Below are positions 13,246 to 26,153 of a stretch of DNA of 60,000 nt, one piece after another. This DNA is from Camelus dromedarius (lineage: Eukaryota): positions 45,014,001 to 45,074,000 of the forward strand of contig NC_087436.1 in the NCBI RefSeq assembly GCF_036321535.1. The letters run 5' to 3'. The position numbers and the translations under genes were made by a program. The notes under the pieces were generated by a model, which worked only from the letters and a program-made list of their open reading frames with translations, was not told the origin of the DNA and did no database searches. Every line of letters begins with the position of its first letter. Position 1 is the stretch's first letter.

Positions 13246-13989
13246 CTTGTCCCTGAGTTCATGCACTGCCACTCGTGCAGGTCTAGTATGAAGCTGTAGA
13301 AAAATATTAGATTAGCCAAGAATGAGTTCCACTTTCAGATTATATGGTTCATCTGGGAAAACTTTTCAAAAATCTGGATGTGAGATACTATGTGTAATAT
13401 AAATGCTTAGGAATTTGGGCAATAGAAACATTTTAAGAATAGGGAGCAATTCTTAGGGAAAAACCAATAAATGGTCAGTAAAACAGAAAGATTAAATTAT
13501 TATACATGAGCGCTGATGGAAGTGAGACACAAGGGTATATGCAGGTCCTTGGGGTACACAGTGTGGATCTTGGATTTGCTCCTGGATAATGGGAAGTTAC
13601 GTGTTACGTAGGGTCATGACGTAGTGAAAAGGAGCAGCAGCAAGAGTTAACAACAGCATTCAAATTACATAGGGTGCTGGCAAATGTAACAGGATGCTGA
13701 CAAATAAATAAAACCAATTCTTTACTGGGATTCCTGCCCTTTTTTCACCGGGGTAATTGATAGAAGAATTAGGGACCTACACTGGGTTAGTGTAACCCAG
13801 TGTAGGCCCCTGATCCAGGGGCCAAAGTTTGAGAATCACCAGTCTAATAACATCTAAAAAAGCACTTAACGATACTACATTGATGTACTATGTTTATAAA
13901 TCAGAATGTAATACAAACAAGTGAGATGAGAGAAAAGTTTTACTCTGACTCAACTATCAATTTTTTCAGTATATAGAAGAAGAAAACAA

Positions 13990-14392
13990 GTTAAAAGAAA
14001 CTATAGAGATGTAATCAGCAAAGTTCAGACTCTACAGGAAAAATACACAGTTTCGTAAACAAATATATTACAAGCAGGAAAAAGAGAAAGAGATGGAAGA
14101 GAAAGCCTATGATGAAAACCCTCTCAGAGGACATACTAACCAATTAGTGATACATGGACGGTTTTTGATCCCAATTCAGAAAACATGCTATATAAAAATT
14201 ATGACTTTTTATGACACAATTGAAAATGTAAACAATGTCTATTTAATGATATTAAGAATTATTGCTAATATTTTAGGTATGATCATGATATTGTAGTTAG
14301 GTAATAATACATTCATATTTTAGGGGTAATTGGTAAATTATTTACCAATAAAATTAAATGGTATCTGGGATTTGCTTCAAAATAATACATGT
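13990..14392 (+). mobile_element. Old L1M (L1MC/ME-type) 3' UTR fragment
   Basis: 'tatttaatgatattaagaattattgctaatattttaggtatgatcatgatattgtagtta...ggtatctgggatttgcttcaaaataatac'. Confidence 0.65.
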
Positions 14393-15649
14393 ATGGATAA
14401 TTTTTTAAGTCACTTTTAATTTTTAAATTTTTCTTCTCTTTTCTTTATGGCATCAAATTTTTCGGAGGTCAGCATGCTTCCCAAACTTCATCAGACAAAA
14501 GGATGGCGGATAAAGTGGCAATACGACTTCTAATAGATTCCTAATAACCTGGAAGAAGAAAATAAATACCAAACAGAAAATACTCAGCGAAGAGAGCCAC
14601 TAACATGATGAGAAGATTCAAGATTCGAATATAAGACAAGAAACTTTTGAAATAAAAAGGGTCACACAACTTTCTTGTTTGGAATGTACAGTTAATTCAG
14701 GGAAGCAGGGACCTGATCTCTGTCCCTTGATCTTCTTCATCTCCTATCATGTTATCAGAGTCGAGTTGTCCCCTGGTATTCAGACATTCTATGGAGTTCT
14801 TTGTCAGCACCAAAACCATGCCAGAGAACACAAAAGAGAATTACAAGTTATTAGATCCATCCACAAATAACAGCATTCCAAAATACCATAAGCAGAGAGC
14901 CCTTGAGAAATCTTTCATTCTTCCAAACCCCACATGCAACAGGCTGTCCTGCTAATTAAGTGAGACAGATGCTGCATCTGGCCAGAGAAGGGGACACATG
15001 GCATGAGCAGCCAGCAGAACAACCACAAAGTGCTCAAGGTAAACAATCTACCTCCTTCTTTCTTCTTGCTAAGTATACCTTTGCAGGCAGGCAGCTTACT
15101 TGCCTAAATACACCTTTCTCATAACTTGAACTACTTTGGTTGAAAAAAAAAGGGAAAAGGGTTATGCTTTGTTTTTAATAACAGCAAGTGCCAGAATGCA
15201 CTTACATCATGTGCTAGTTTGATGTAGGAGAGTAGGGGGAATAAATCAATCATATTTATGAACTATAACAATATAAATAGACTTTATTACACTCAGATCT
15301 TACAAGCTTTTGCTAGGATAAAATCAGATAATACTGTCACTCAACATTTTATAACTGCAAGAGTTTATAGCACTTTAAAGAAGAGAGAGAAATGATACTT
15401 TGCTATTTCCAGTCGGCAAGAAACTGAAGCAGTAGAAGAAAAAGTGAGTTGCCTATAATTTTGCAGCAAGTTAGCAATTCAGCTACAAAATTATCTTTTC
15501 ATATTATGAAAAAATGACTTTTTAGTAATTATTTCTGTGATTCACACTTTTTTTAATGTCATTTAAACACACAAAATAGGTAACAGGTGGCAGTTTGGTG
15601 CCAGGCACTGTGCAAGTTGATTATGAAGGCATGAATATTAATGTAATAA

Positions 15650-15890
15650 TAACTGATATTTATTAAGTGCTAACAAAATATGAAGCTAATGTTAACTAAT
15701 TTGTTTCTCATAAAACCTCTGCTCTGTAGGTATCATTTTCGTTTCTATTTTACAGAGAAGGTACTGAGGCCCAGAGATGTAAATAGTTTGTCTAAGGTCA
15801 CATAGGTGGTAAATGGCAGAGGCAGTGGGAATGGATAAATTAGACATGGAATATAAAATTGAATATGTGATCTTGGGCTTTTGGGGTACA
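15650..15890 (-). mobile_element. MIR SINE
   Basis: 'ctattttacagagaaggtactgaggcccagagatgtaaatagtttgtctaaggtcacatagg'. Confidence 0.8.
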
Positions 15891-17848
15891 AAAGGGAAGA
15901 TTTTAGTCTAGAAGGGAAGACAGACATGTAAACCATCATCAATAATACTAACCAAAAAATGAAATTGAAATGTGACCGAAGATTTGGCTGATAGTAGATA
16001 TTCAACAATTAAAAATAAAAGCTTTCCTTGTACATCAGACAACTTTTCTGGAGGAGGTATCTCTTTAATGCTTCCATTCAGTGCTGCTGGAGATGGAAGT
16101 AGCCACTTTGTTGCAGGAGGCTCACACAGCCTCTGCCTCGGGGCCAGAGGGTCTGCTCTATGCTGGGCTGACTGCGCTGACAGAGGCATGCGGTTTACAA
16201 ACAAGAAATGCATATGTGGCACACATTTTTCTAAATTATTTTTTAGGCTCAAGTGTGTTTTATTCTTTCACTCTCCCTGCCGTAGACTTACAACTGTTAA
16301 TGTGAGGTAACGACTTTTTGATTTATGTTAAGTATCCTGGCGGCAAACAGCCCCAGATTTCATAGAGTTGTCTCTGTGCTGCTTCTCTTTATCTTTCAAG
16401 GCTACAAAAAAAAAAAGACCATATTTAACTCATCTAGAACAAGATTTGGAGGTATAATAATTAACATTTTTAAACTCTAAAATATAAAAATTAATTATAG
16501 GTATTTTCATCATATGATGTACTCTCAGAGCTCAACATATTATAATAGTTCTAATCACCAAACGTTAGTAGATATTTGGGGATGATTCAGAGTATTGAAT
16601 TAATACTGAATTTTGCCCATTGCAGTTTTGCTCTTTGATCTGAATCTAGACTAAAGGTCACAAATTTATCTCCTTCCCTCAAGTCTACCAATGACCTGTA
16701 CTTCCCCAAAAATATGCACAGCCTTCTTGTAGAACACAAAGCATCTCAACACGAATACCAATCGGATCACAATCACAGTTATAACCTAAGGCTCGAGATT
16801 GGTTTCAGAGCCTGTTTATCTCCAAGGTCAAGAGTAAAACATGCTGGTGTGGAAAGTAGCTCCAGTGCGCTCTCCACTTGGAGGATGTCCAAATATTGGC
16901 TAGATTCTAAGACATTCAAACTGAGGGAAGTCCCAGTTTTCCCACCAACTGAAAACATTCTCCATTTTTCAGATTTGTCTGATCTGAGACTCGTAGATCT
17001 AGGAAATTCTGAACTCAACACAAAGAACCTAAAAATATTTATGGAATACTCGCTCCGGGTACAGCTATCCCTATCTTAACACACCTATGTGGGTCTCAGA
17101 GACCAAAAACAGGGTACAGGGCAGGCGTCGCCCAGTGTGCTTGTGTGCCAGCAAACGCTGCTCGGGCCACGCTCGGGACATCCTGCAGAACATCAGTCTG
17201 TAGATACCACAATTATGAAAGCTGTATTCTGGCAAATACCTTAAGTACAAGTTGTCATTGTTTGATTGTATTGAAAGAAATGAAATTGCTTGGCAATTAG
17301 AAGAGGCTATCAAACTGTCGGGGCTACTGTTTCAGAAAGCCTGAAACAGGTCTGCATGTTCTTTCCATGCATTCAAAGGGATAATTTATTTCCATCCTCA
17401 TTTTGGTGCTCAGATTTTTTTCAATGCATATTGTGGGCATTATCCAGTATTCCATCAAAAGAATAGTGGCTAGTGTTACATTAACTCCACCATGTTAGTA
17501 GTTTTCCTCCTTTGGCAAGGCTGGCCTTCTTTTAAATATATCTCATTTTAGCATAGAGAGTCAAATCTCATAAAAGTAAGAATATCAGACTTGATCAATC
17601 TGCTCAAAGCCTTTTACTGAAGTGGGAGTTCTCTGTTTCTGCGAAATTGAAAGGTTTAATGAATATATTCTTGTTGCATTATGACATCTCATTTTTCCCT
17701 CTCATAAATACTTGTCGGGTCTGTGATTCCCCACCCTTTGGCCGGGGATGGCGACGCGCTCGCTGTGATCGTGGGTGCTCAGACTGAGTTTAATTTCTCT
17801 CACAAGGAGAGTTGACAAAAGATCACAGCCACTAAGCCCTGGAATTAC

Positions 17849-17916
17849 CCTAGATATTGCCCTCTGTGCTCTGCAAATGAAATCCTACAGAAGACCCTTC
17901 GGAAAAAGAAGAACAT
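17849..17916 (-). CDS. Candidate alternative first coding exon (MFFFFRRVFCRISFAEHRGQYL, ends phase 2)
   Basis: accatcATG (A at -3), 22 codons plus 2 nt, donor AGG|GTAATT. Upstream on the minus strand are (TG)n and GA-rich tracts; a CpG cluster (17740-17772) lies just inside the intron. Confidence 0.4.
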
Positions 17917-18031
17917 GATGGTTAACACTCAGAAATCCATTTTGCACAGGGCAGCATTCGTACACACAGAAGTGCGGAATGACAGGCAGAGCTGCCAGTT
18001 CCTCGATGAGAAAAGTCAGATGCTTAGCACT

Positions 18032-18050
18032 ACACACACGCACGCACACA

Positions 18051-18082
<32 letters not shown>
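18032..18082. repeat. (CA)n microsatellite followed by a CT-rich tract (18130-18205)
   Basis: Seen directly in sequence. Confidence 0.95.
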
Positions 18083-18085
<3 letters not shown>

Positions 18086-19714
18086 TCCTGCACAGACGCA
18101 AGCACCCCTCCCCCTGCAGCTCATAGCCCCCAGCTCCCTTCTCCCCCCAACCCCCGGCATCTCTCCTCTCTCTCTCTCTCCCTCTCCTCTCGTTCTCTTT
18201 CTCCCATGCCCTTGATTGACTACCAGGTCAGATAAGAAATTAAGACCAGTGAAATCAGAACCAGACCGCACCTGTCCCTTCTGCAGCCAGAACAGAACTG
18301 AAATAAAGCACTTATGAAACCGCTGTGATCATAACCTTCAAAACACTGAACTCCTCCCAGCTGTCGGCTTTCCCAACCAAAGGTTCCACAATAGAGACGC
18401 TGGCACCAGGGCCCGAAAAATCTATTTGTATCAGAATGCTGTCATTTTGGGACAGGGCACAGCACTACAAACTGTAAAGATCCCTTTATAGCTACAGAGC
18501 TTCTGAAAATAGATGTTGCTCTACTGATTTAGACTTGCTAATAAGAGGATCAGTTTGCTTCTATTTAAAATGATTCATTTGCTGTGAGGGAAAAATGATA
18601 GTAAGCAGTGATAAATACTTGGAAATGTGAACAACGCTTACTATTGGTCTTCATTCAGAGGACATGGGCACTTTTTTCTATTTCTTACAACCTAACTATT
18701 GACATTTGGAAGCAGCTACTGGATCATCTGCAATAAAGTTGGGCTCTTAACTAGAACTGTGAGTTACTCATTACCAGCAGCAAACGAATAAGGGAACAAG
18801 TTACGTGCACAATGGCCGGTCGTATCTGCCTGAGAGTGCATTGCTAGCTATGCTCAGTGAGAACATTTTCAGTGATATTCTTCAATACTTCATTCCATAA
18901 CAAAGACTTCATTTTTTTTTAAACTAAGCTGTGTCTACTTAGTCCAAATTATAACAGAAAGTAACAAACTACTAATTTATACAGAGACAGGTTTCTACTC
19001 TGGGAGCTTCAAACTGATCATTTTAACGACATGAAAGGGCTTCTAACTGAATTACTTCACTAATATGAATTTATTATCATTCTCAATAACATACTTTATT
19101 TCTAAGCAAAGATGAGCAACATTTAATAGAATGCAACTGAGATGTCACAGTTAAATGGAAGGAGCCCTACAAACAATATGTATTTCTGTATAAATCATAC
19201 TTGCCCACAATTTAGCTTACTATATGTAGACTATTCTACATTTTCACATTGCCATAGTAACTACATATGATAATTAGTCATTTATTGAAATCGTACGAGA
19301 AACCAAAGATAAAAGCATCCAAAAGCTATTTTAGCCAGATGTTAAATCCTCTCACATTTGCATGTGATGTTACAAATACACATATACACAAGAGTGGAGC
19401 CAAGAAACAGAAGAAGTTTGTAAATATTTATACACAGAGAATATATACTACTCTCGTATACATACTACATCTAATCTCCTCCTAATGATTTATTTTATAC
19501 TGTCTCAATAGAAACAGTTTTTCAACTGTGCTATATTTCTTTTGAAATAGTAGATTGTTTACACGAGTGCTTCAAAGATATTTATGTAATTAGGGTTCTA
19601 TTTCTACATTGGCTTTTAAATCCAAGTTCCTCTTGTTGTGGAATGAATGTCATGTGCCCACAAATAAGGATGACAGTGCCGCACTGCGGGCTGAGCCTTC
19701 CACGTGAGGCAGGG

Positions 19715-19945
19715 TGGGTGGTGGTTAGGCAGACAGACATTCAAACCAGATCACCAAGTTTTGAATTCTGACTCTTTCTCTTACCAGTCTCCACTTTCCT
19801 CAGTTTACCCATCTTGAAATACAGAGGATAATGGCACCTTCTTCACAGAGGTATTGTGAAAATGAGTAAGTTAATATTTGCAAAGTGGTTACAGTAGTGC
19901 CTGGCACACGGCGAATGCCATATAAATGTTTGTTTAAATTAAAAT
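19715..19945 (+). mobile_element. MIR SINE
   Basis: 'cctcagtttacccatcttgaaatacagaggataatggcacc...gtagtgcctggcacacggcgaatgccatataaatgtttg'. Confidence 0.8.
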
Positions 19946-20104
19946 AAAATGATCATTCTCAACTATTACTACATATATTCTAGCATGCAAATTCTTATAT
20001 AATGTGATAGATTTCAAGTATGTATCTGTTTTCTGCTTCAATGTAATTGCATACTGATATAATCATAACCACAATATAACTTTTAAAAAATATCAACAGA
20101 AACA

Positions 20105-20335
20105 TATATTAAGTGTTTACTATGGCCAGCAACAACTCTAAGCATCATCTCATATAATCCTCCCCACCACTCGTGGGGGAAATACTGTCATTATTTCTAC
20201 TTTACAGATGAAGAAATTGAAATTTAGCCGACATTACCTAATTTACTCAGCTGTCCAAAAATTTAAGTAGCAAACCAGGACTTGAAAGAAAACCTACCTG
20301 AGTTCAAGACCGATACCCAGACAGCTTCTGCCTCC
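20105..20335 (-). mobile_element. MIR SINE
   Basis: 'attatttctactttacagatgaagaaattgaaattta'. Confidence 0.7.
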
Positions 20336-20642
20336 TTCAATGAAAGATTATTCAACACTGCCTTTTTTCTTGGGGTATCGTTTCTTTGTACTTTGATAAC
20401 TGAACTAGTTATCTCAAGCCCTTCTTTTGTACAGTCATTGGCTTATATCGGTTAAATCTCATTACTGAAAAATAAAATCATTGATGCCAGGCCCCTGGAG
20501 ATGGTTTCTAGACTTTTAGCCACACTTGAGCTGGTTTCAAGCTGGGATGGAAAGAATGCAGGACAGAGGATCACAAAATCAGGATCCCAGCCCTGATTTT
20601 ACCACTGACTATTTGTGTAACCTTCAAACAAGAAACTGAATG

Positions 20643-20715
20643 CTGTACACCAGAAATTGACACAACATTGTAAACTGACTGTACTTCAATAAAAATGTAT
20701 TTTAAAAAAAAAGAA
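20643..20715 (+). mobile_element. Very short (about 73 bp) camelid L1 3' tip inserted in a MIR, with perfect 13-bp TSD
   Basis: 'ctgtacaccagaaattgacacaacattgtaaactgactgtacttcaataaaaa'. TSD aagaaactgaatg at 20630-20642 and 20716-20728. Confidence 0.92.
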
Positions 20716-21140
20716 AAGAAACTGAATGAATCTGGCCATGAAGGTTTATTGTCACACTGCTACTCATGTTTTAGTGCTGGCTATTAAAGAAATGTAAATG
20801 GAAAATAGTTTTTGCTGTGGAAGAAAAACATTTCCTTGAATCTAAAAATATGAAACAAAAAAATTACTGTTTGACTTCTCCATATAGGAAGATCACTTTA
20901 AAAGTTAATTTTTAAACACATGCCTAAATCTGATACCCTTTTATAACATGATAAAATTCATAGCACTTCACTTCTCACAATTTTATAGGCCACTGGCTAA
21001 CTTCCAAAACGCATTATTAAAAGGGTATTTTTTCCTGGTCTGTTTTTCAAGGAAGAAGAGAAGTGTGAGATTTCTTAGGTACCATTACAAGAAGTTTGGT
21101 GACATTTAACTAGGTTAAATTGACCAAAGGGATGCCTATC

Positions 21141-21144
<4 letters not shown>

Positions 21145-21185
<41 letters not shown>
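21145..21185. repeat. (TG)n microsatellite, about 20 perfect units
   Basis: Seen directly in sequence. Confidence 0.97.
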
Positions 21186-21186
<1 letters not shown>

Positions 21187-22889
21187 GCTTTCTCTCCATT
21201 GCAAGCATTTTTACAGGTCAGCGTGCCCTAGTACTTCCCTGATACTGAGAAAAAGAAATCAAATACTGTTGGAAAAAGAGAGGCCAGGATTCATAGATGG
21301 TGACTGGATTCCTTTTCTGCTTCTGTCAACAGTCACAGAACCATCAGCTGAACATTCCATTTTAAAGTCCAAATGGGAACCACAGGAGAGCAGGCAACAG
21401 AGTGGACTGAGGACAGAAAAGAAATTCCAAGGCTTCATTAGCACAAGTGGGAGTGCGGCACATTTCTAGGGCTTGAGCGAAATGACACACGGGACCACGT
21501 GCCCCTGGGGTGTGTGTCCATGAGTGTTTGTGTACGTGTTCACCTCTCCATAGACTGCCACTGGGAATTATGCCCCGAGTTTCGGAAGGTCTTTAGCAAA
21601 TGCTGAAATAACTTTTTTTTATATTAAAAGAGCAGATGAGAAAAAGAATTCACCGAGTGTTTTGCAAGAAGGACTAGCTGAGAAGGGATAAAGTCAGCTG
21701 ATGAAACTATGATGTCCAAACAAATAATCTGAACATTCTATTAACAACAGCCATTCACAGCCCTTGCTGACTTCAGCACGTGGCAAAAAAAAGAGTAGGG
21801 GGAGCTGGAAGATCTTATTTGGCTTCATATGTCAAATCTTTCGTATTCAAGAAACAGTTTTTTCATTGTTCCACAGCACACAGAATCACTGTTACTAGTA
21901 TATTAAATATCCACATGGACAGATAAATAAGTGTCATATATGCTTATCTAAATATTCATCATTCAGGAGATGAGATTTTCTGTCCCCCAAAGATCTGGGA
22001 AATACTTCTACACCAGAAAATAGAAGTTCCTACAAAATTTGAAAGTATTCTTTGAGTATCACAAATGTTATTTGTCTTGGCAAAGTCTTAAATTAGGAAC
22101 CATAGTTTTAACTCACAAACTATGAGCTGAGGATTGACCTCTCTTGATGTTGGGTCTCCAAGACTTCTAAGAAATATTTGGGTCACAAACACAAATTGTC
22201 CTTCAACAGCAATTCCACACATCTGTAAATTACTTTGTAGGGTTCAAAACTCTCTATAAACACACTTGGTTACTCTGAGGATCAGTGAGCCCCATGATTT
22301 CTAAATCCCTCTGTAAAACAGTGACTCATTCAAATGGGTGTTTTTCTTTTCTCCCCAAACAAATAATACAGTAGAATTTTTTTGACAAAATATAGAGATA
22401 ATGGGTTTATAAGCCACTTCACTGCAGGGTAGCCACCTTGAAAACAATTATGTTAAATTAACTGGAATCTATATTAGCACCGTTTTTTATTGTAAACAAT
22501 ACAATTTAGATTATACATATATATATAAACTGCAATGTTTAGTACAAGAAACTTTCATTTTTCATGAAATGCCAGAAATGATGAGGTGAAATGCCTCTTA
22601 CCTCGCATTAAAGGTGGACTAGTCTAACTACAACAATAAAATCCACATAGTGACCTTGTCCTATCATCTCATTTATATGCACAAAACATGCAAATCTCTG
22701 TCCTTTATGTTAGAAAAGCGCACTCCCGTTTCCTTGTTAAAAGGCCTTATGTCTGTAGGATTTATAATCAAGTAAATGTGTATTTATACATGTAATAGTT
22801 TGTATCCTAACAAATACATTCTTTAGAACAATCAATAGTGGAGCCCTAAAATCGATTATATGAAGAAATGACCGTTCCTCTCTCTGCAG

Positions 22890-22927
22890 CCTAAAACACC
22901 TCGCTTCCCCTGTGAGCCGCCTCCTAG
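22890..22927 (+). other. Candidate 38-nt plus-strand exon (antisense to the inferred host gene)
   Basis: Acceptor ttcctctctctgcag| and donor TAG|GTAAGT, both strong, in unique sequence. Confidence 0.3.
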
Positions 22928-23706
22928 GTAAGTCAATAGGAGCGCCACATGGGCCCTGAGAAGAGAATTTTGCCCTGTAAGTGTAATCCATTTATTGGTT
23001 TATGGACCAAAAAACCTCTCGGGAGTGTTACAAACTCATATGCTTTCCTTGAGTGATGGGTTTTGCACTTGGATTTCTTATTTAATTGAAAGATGTGTAA
23101 AAACTTACATATAAATAGAGTTCCCTATTGGCTACACATTTCAAGAGTATCTCAGGAGTATAAATTATTCCATCAAGGGGTTGGAATAAATTATACTCAA
23201 TAATTGGAATCAATTTTCCCTAGAGTAAGCACAAAAAATTCCCATTAACATGGATAGAGGTTGCATATAAAGCATGAGATGAAAATATAATATCACCTAC
23301 AAATTAGCTTTGTGTTCCTGAAGAGCTGGAGAGGTAGCACAGTGCGATAAGCCCGCACGTATTGAACTGCATCCTTTCTGGGTAAAGTCCCCATTGCATT
23401 TTGGTTGTGGCACAATGTCAGCGGATCAATAGCAGAAAAGAGAACACACCGGTGTGAGTGGACCATCACTGTTTTGTGGCCATCTCCCATTAAATGGCAG
23501 TGGCGTTGCCTGACTCATGCCTACCTCACAGTAATTCTGTGAAGACTGAAGAGTTATGATATGAAAAATACATCCCAATCTTTTGCAGAAAGAAAAGGTT
23601 AAGCTAGCCAATTTGAGCATCAGTAGCAGCAGGGCTCGTGTGTTGGGAATTTAATGCATCCCAGCTGCTGTGCTAAACATTTCACTTGTCCCATTCTGTT
23701 TGAGAC

Positions 23707-23972
23707 AATGCAGCAAAATGGCTAAGTGTGCACGCTCTCCACCCAGACTCCACGGGGCTCAAGTGTCAGTGCTATTATCTTCTAGCTGAAGAAACTTGTG
23801 CGACTGACTTAACCTCACTGTGACTCAATTGCCCCATCTGTAAAATGGTGACAGTAATCGCACCTACCCTCATAGGATTGTTGTGAAGATCAAATGTGTG
23901 AGTTTATATAAAGCACTTAGAATAGTGCATGGCAGATAACAAGTGTTCACTATGAACATTGTTGTTATTGTT
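23707..23972 (+). mobile_element. Near full-length MIR SINE
   Basis: 'acttaacctcactgtgactcaattgccccatctgtaaaatggtgacagtaatcgcacctaccctcataggattgttgtgaagatcaaatg...aaagcacttagaatagtgcatggcagataacaagtg'. Confidence 0.9.
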
Positions 23973-24254
23973 AATTAAAAGGGAAACAGAGTATAGTTGT
24001 ACACACCCCCTGAAATCAAAAGTGTGTTTGTGGCAAAAGTCCGCAAAAGCGTCTATTCTGCACAGTGACCGTGGGAACTAGCATAGGTCAAGTTAGAGGC
24101 CGAAAGCGAGGAACTGAGGGCTGTTCTTGTATAAAAGTCTTCCTAAGCCTCCCAGAAAGAATGCAGATGGGAGCTGGTGGCTAGTTTTTTGTTTGTTTGT
24201 TTTTAATAAATAATAAAAAGGAATTTTTAAAAATGACCATTGTTTAGCCTCTGT

Positions 24255-24597
24255 TGTAGAATGCATCACTCTTCACCAACACCTAATTTCTCTCCCAGCA
24301 GGAGGATTATATGGCCCCACCGTGTTGAAGTCAAATTTGGCCACCTGATTCACCTTGGCCAAGGAAATGTGAACAGAAGCAATATGGTGTCACATCTGGG
24401 TAACAGCTTTAACAGCACGTGTGTGTGTGTGGCACCAAGTTTCTCTTTCTTCCCCCCTTTCATGGTTCTGGTCCATGTTCTAAGCTGGAGTCTTGGGGGA
24501 GGGAGTGGAAATGAGAAGTGCTTTCTTTTGCTGTAAGCTCTGACATTTTGGCATTGTCTGTTACTTCCATACATCCTAGCCTATTCTAACTGGCACA
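24255..24597 (+). mobile_element. MLT1 (MLT1I/J-like) solo LTR
   Basis: 'ggccacctgattcaccttggccaaggaaatgtgaacagaag' and 3' end 'tgctgtaagctctgacattttggcattgtctgttact...cctagcctattctaactggcaca'. Confidence 0.75.
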
Positions 24598-25189
24598 AAG
24601 CTAAGACCGTGTCCCAAACATGGGAGAAAACTCACCCTAAAGTGATGAGAACCAAGATGTAGGGAAATGACCTGGACAATGTTACCAGCCTTAGGAATGG
24701 CCAGGTCAACATCATGCATGACAAGAAGAGTAATTTCAAAAGGTGGTCACAAACCTCAACAATTGGTGAATGATTAGGTCCTCACACTTACATGGGGAGA
24801 CAGAGAAGACAGAGATCCTGGGGCAGAGAGACTGAAGATCCTTTCAGAGGAGACCGTGTATCTCTCATTGCCTCTTCTAGTTTGAAGGAATTTGAGGGGC
24901 AGGTGTTCCACTGACATCCCTGGTGGAGGCTCAGTCTATATTTATTCCTACTTCTAATGTAATTCAAGCTCTCTTCTTTGTATTACCCTCCTGATCCCTG
25001 ACGTTAGCCAAACTAGAATGTCTTGAGAAGTGAAATTACATTAAAAAAAAAAAAAAAACCCATCATCTGAAAAGACATCAACAAACAGCCAACAAATATG
25101 AACAGAGCACCCAAAGGTGCGAGGCACTGTGGGAGGTACCACAGATTCACAAAGAACTACTAAGATCCAACCCTCCTTCAAAGAACACT

Positions 25190-25420
25190 GATGACTGAGC
25201 CTTTCTTGTGCACCAAGCCTCTTGCTAGGTACTGTCCATCAGTTGTCACCAAATTCCTCAGAACAGAGGTAGATTCTACTATTATCCCCATTTTAGAGAT
25301 GAGAAAGTGAGGGTTGGGAGGTGGATGGGATTACACCTGAGGTCATACAAGAAGAGAGGTGAGAGAGGATTTGAATTCTGGAATTTTAACTCCAGAAGCT
25401 GAGGTCATAACCACTACCTG
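25190..25420 (-). mobile_element. MIR SINE
   Basis: 'actattatccccattttagagatgagaaagtgagggttggg...cctgaggtcataca'. Confidence 0.8.
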
Positions 25421-26153
25421 ACACTCCTTCAAAGAACTTCTATTTTGGTCGGGGAACAAACGCATTGACAAAGATAATTTTCAAATGTGGTAACAGTCAT
25501 AAGGTAGAAGATGATTAATTGTCAAATGATTGGCAAAAGACAATGTAGTAGAGAGGTGGAGTCATAGAAAGATGATAATCCCAGTCATCTTTGTAGTGTG
25601 AAGAACCTTCAGAAGGGAAAAGGGCTCCAAGCAAGAATTTGTAAGCATTGGGAAGGTGGTCATTCCAGAAAACACAACAAAAACAGAACCCTAGTAACCA
25701 GGTACCACTGAGGAAAGACCATCAAAAAAAAAACCCAAAAAAACCAGTACTAATAAAAAGCACTAATAAAAAGCAGAGTGAATCTTTCATCCCAGCTTCA
25801 AATATGATTTGAAGCATCCTTCACAAATTTCTTGATTCTAAAGCTGAGGAAAAAAGAAAGCAAAAACTTCAAAAGGACCTTTTCGACATTTATTTCTTTG
25901 CTCTAAACACAGCTGGAGCATTATCAAGATTTCATTCTTAACGAGACTAATCTCTGGCATAGGCGGCCCTGGAGGGATAACCAAGTCGGCTTTTGTATTT
26001 ATCTTCCTGTTTAAGAGACAGCTATGGGTTTTGGAAATCCTCTTTCTTGGAAATAGTTCCAATTTAGCTCACTTACCACTCAGATGAGGAAACTAAGGTC
26101 CAGACAGGCTGTGACGATGCCTGAGGTCACACAGCTGGAGCAGCCTCTCGTAC

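Noticed and set aside
16714..17079. Overlapping 121-aa (+) and 80-aa (-) ORFs in unique DNA
   Set aside because: No recognisable homology and no matched splice-site pair; the lengths are compatible with chance.
17885..18271. ORFs with HT/CV dipeptide runs (also at 21146 and 31606)
   Set aside because: These are translations of (CA)n, (TG)n and (TA)n microsatellites.
25748..25775. Tandem duplicate actaataaaaagc, and agtcaccaatg twice near 55324-55355
   Set aside because: Two-copy local duplications with no spacer array; not CRISPR-like and no evident function.
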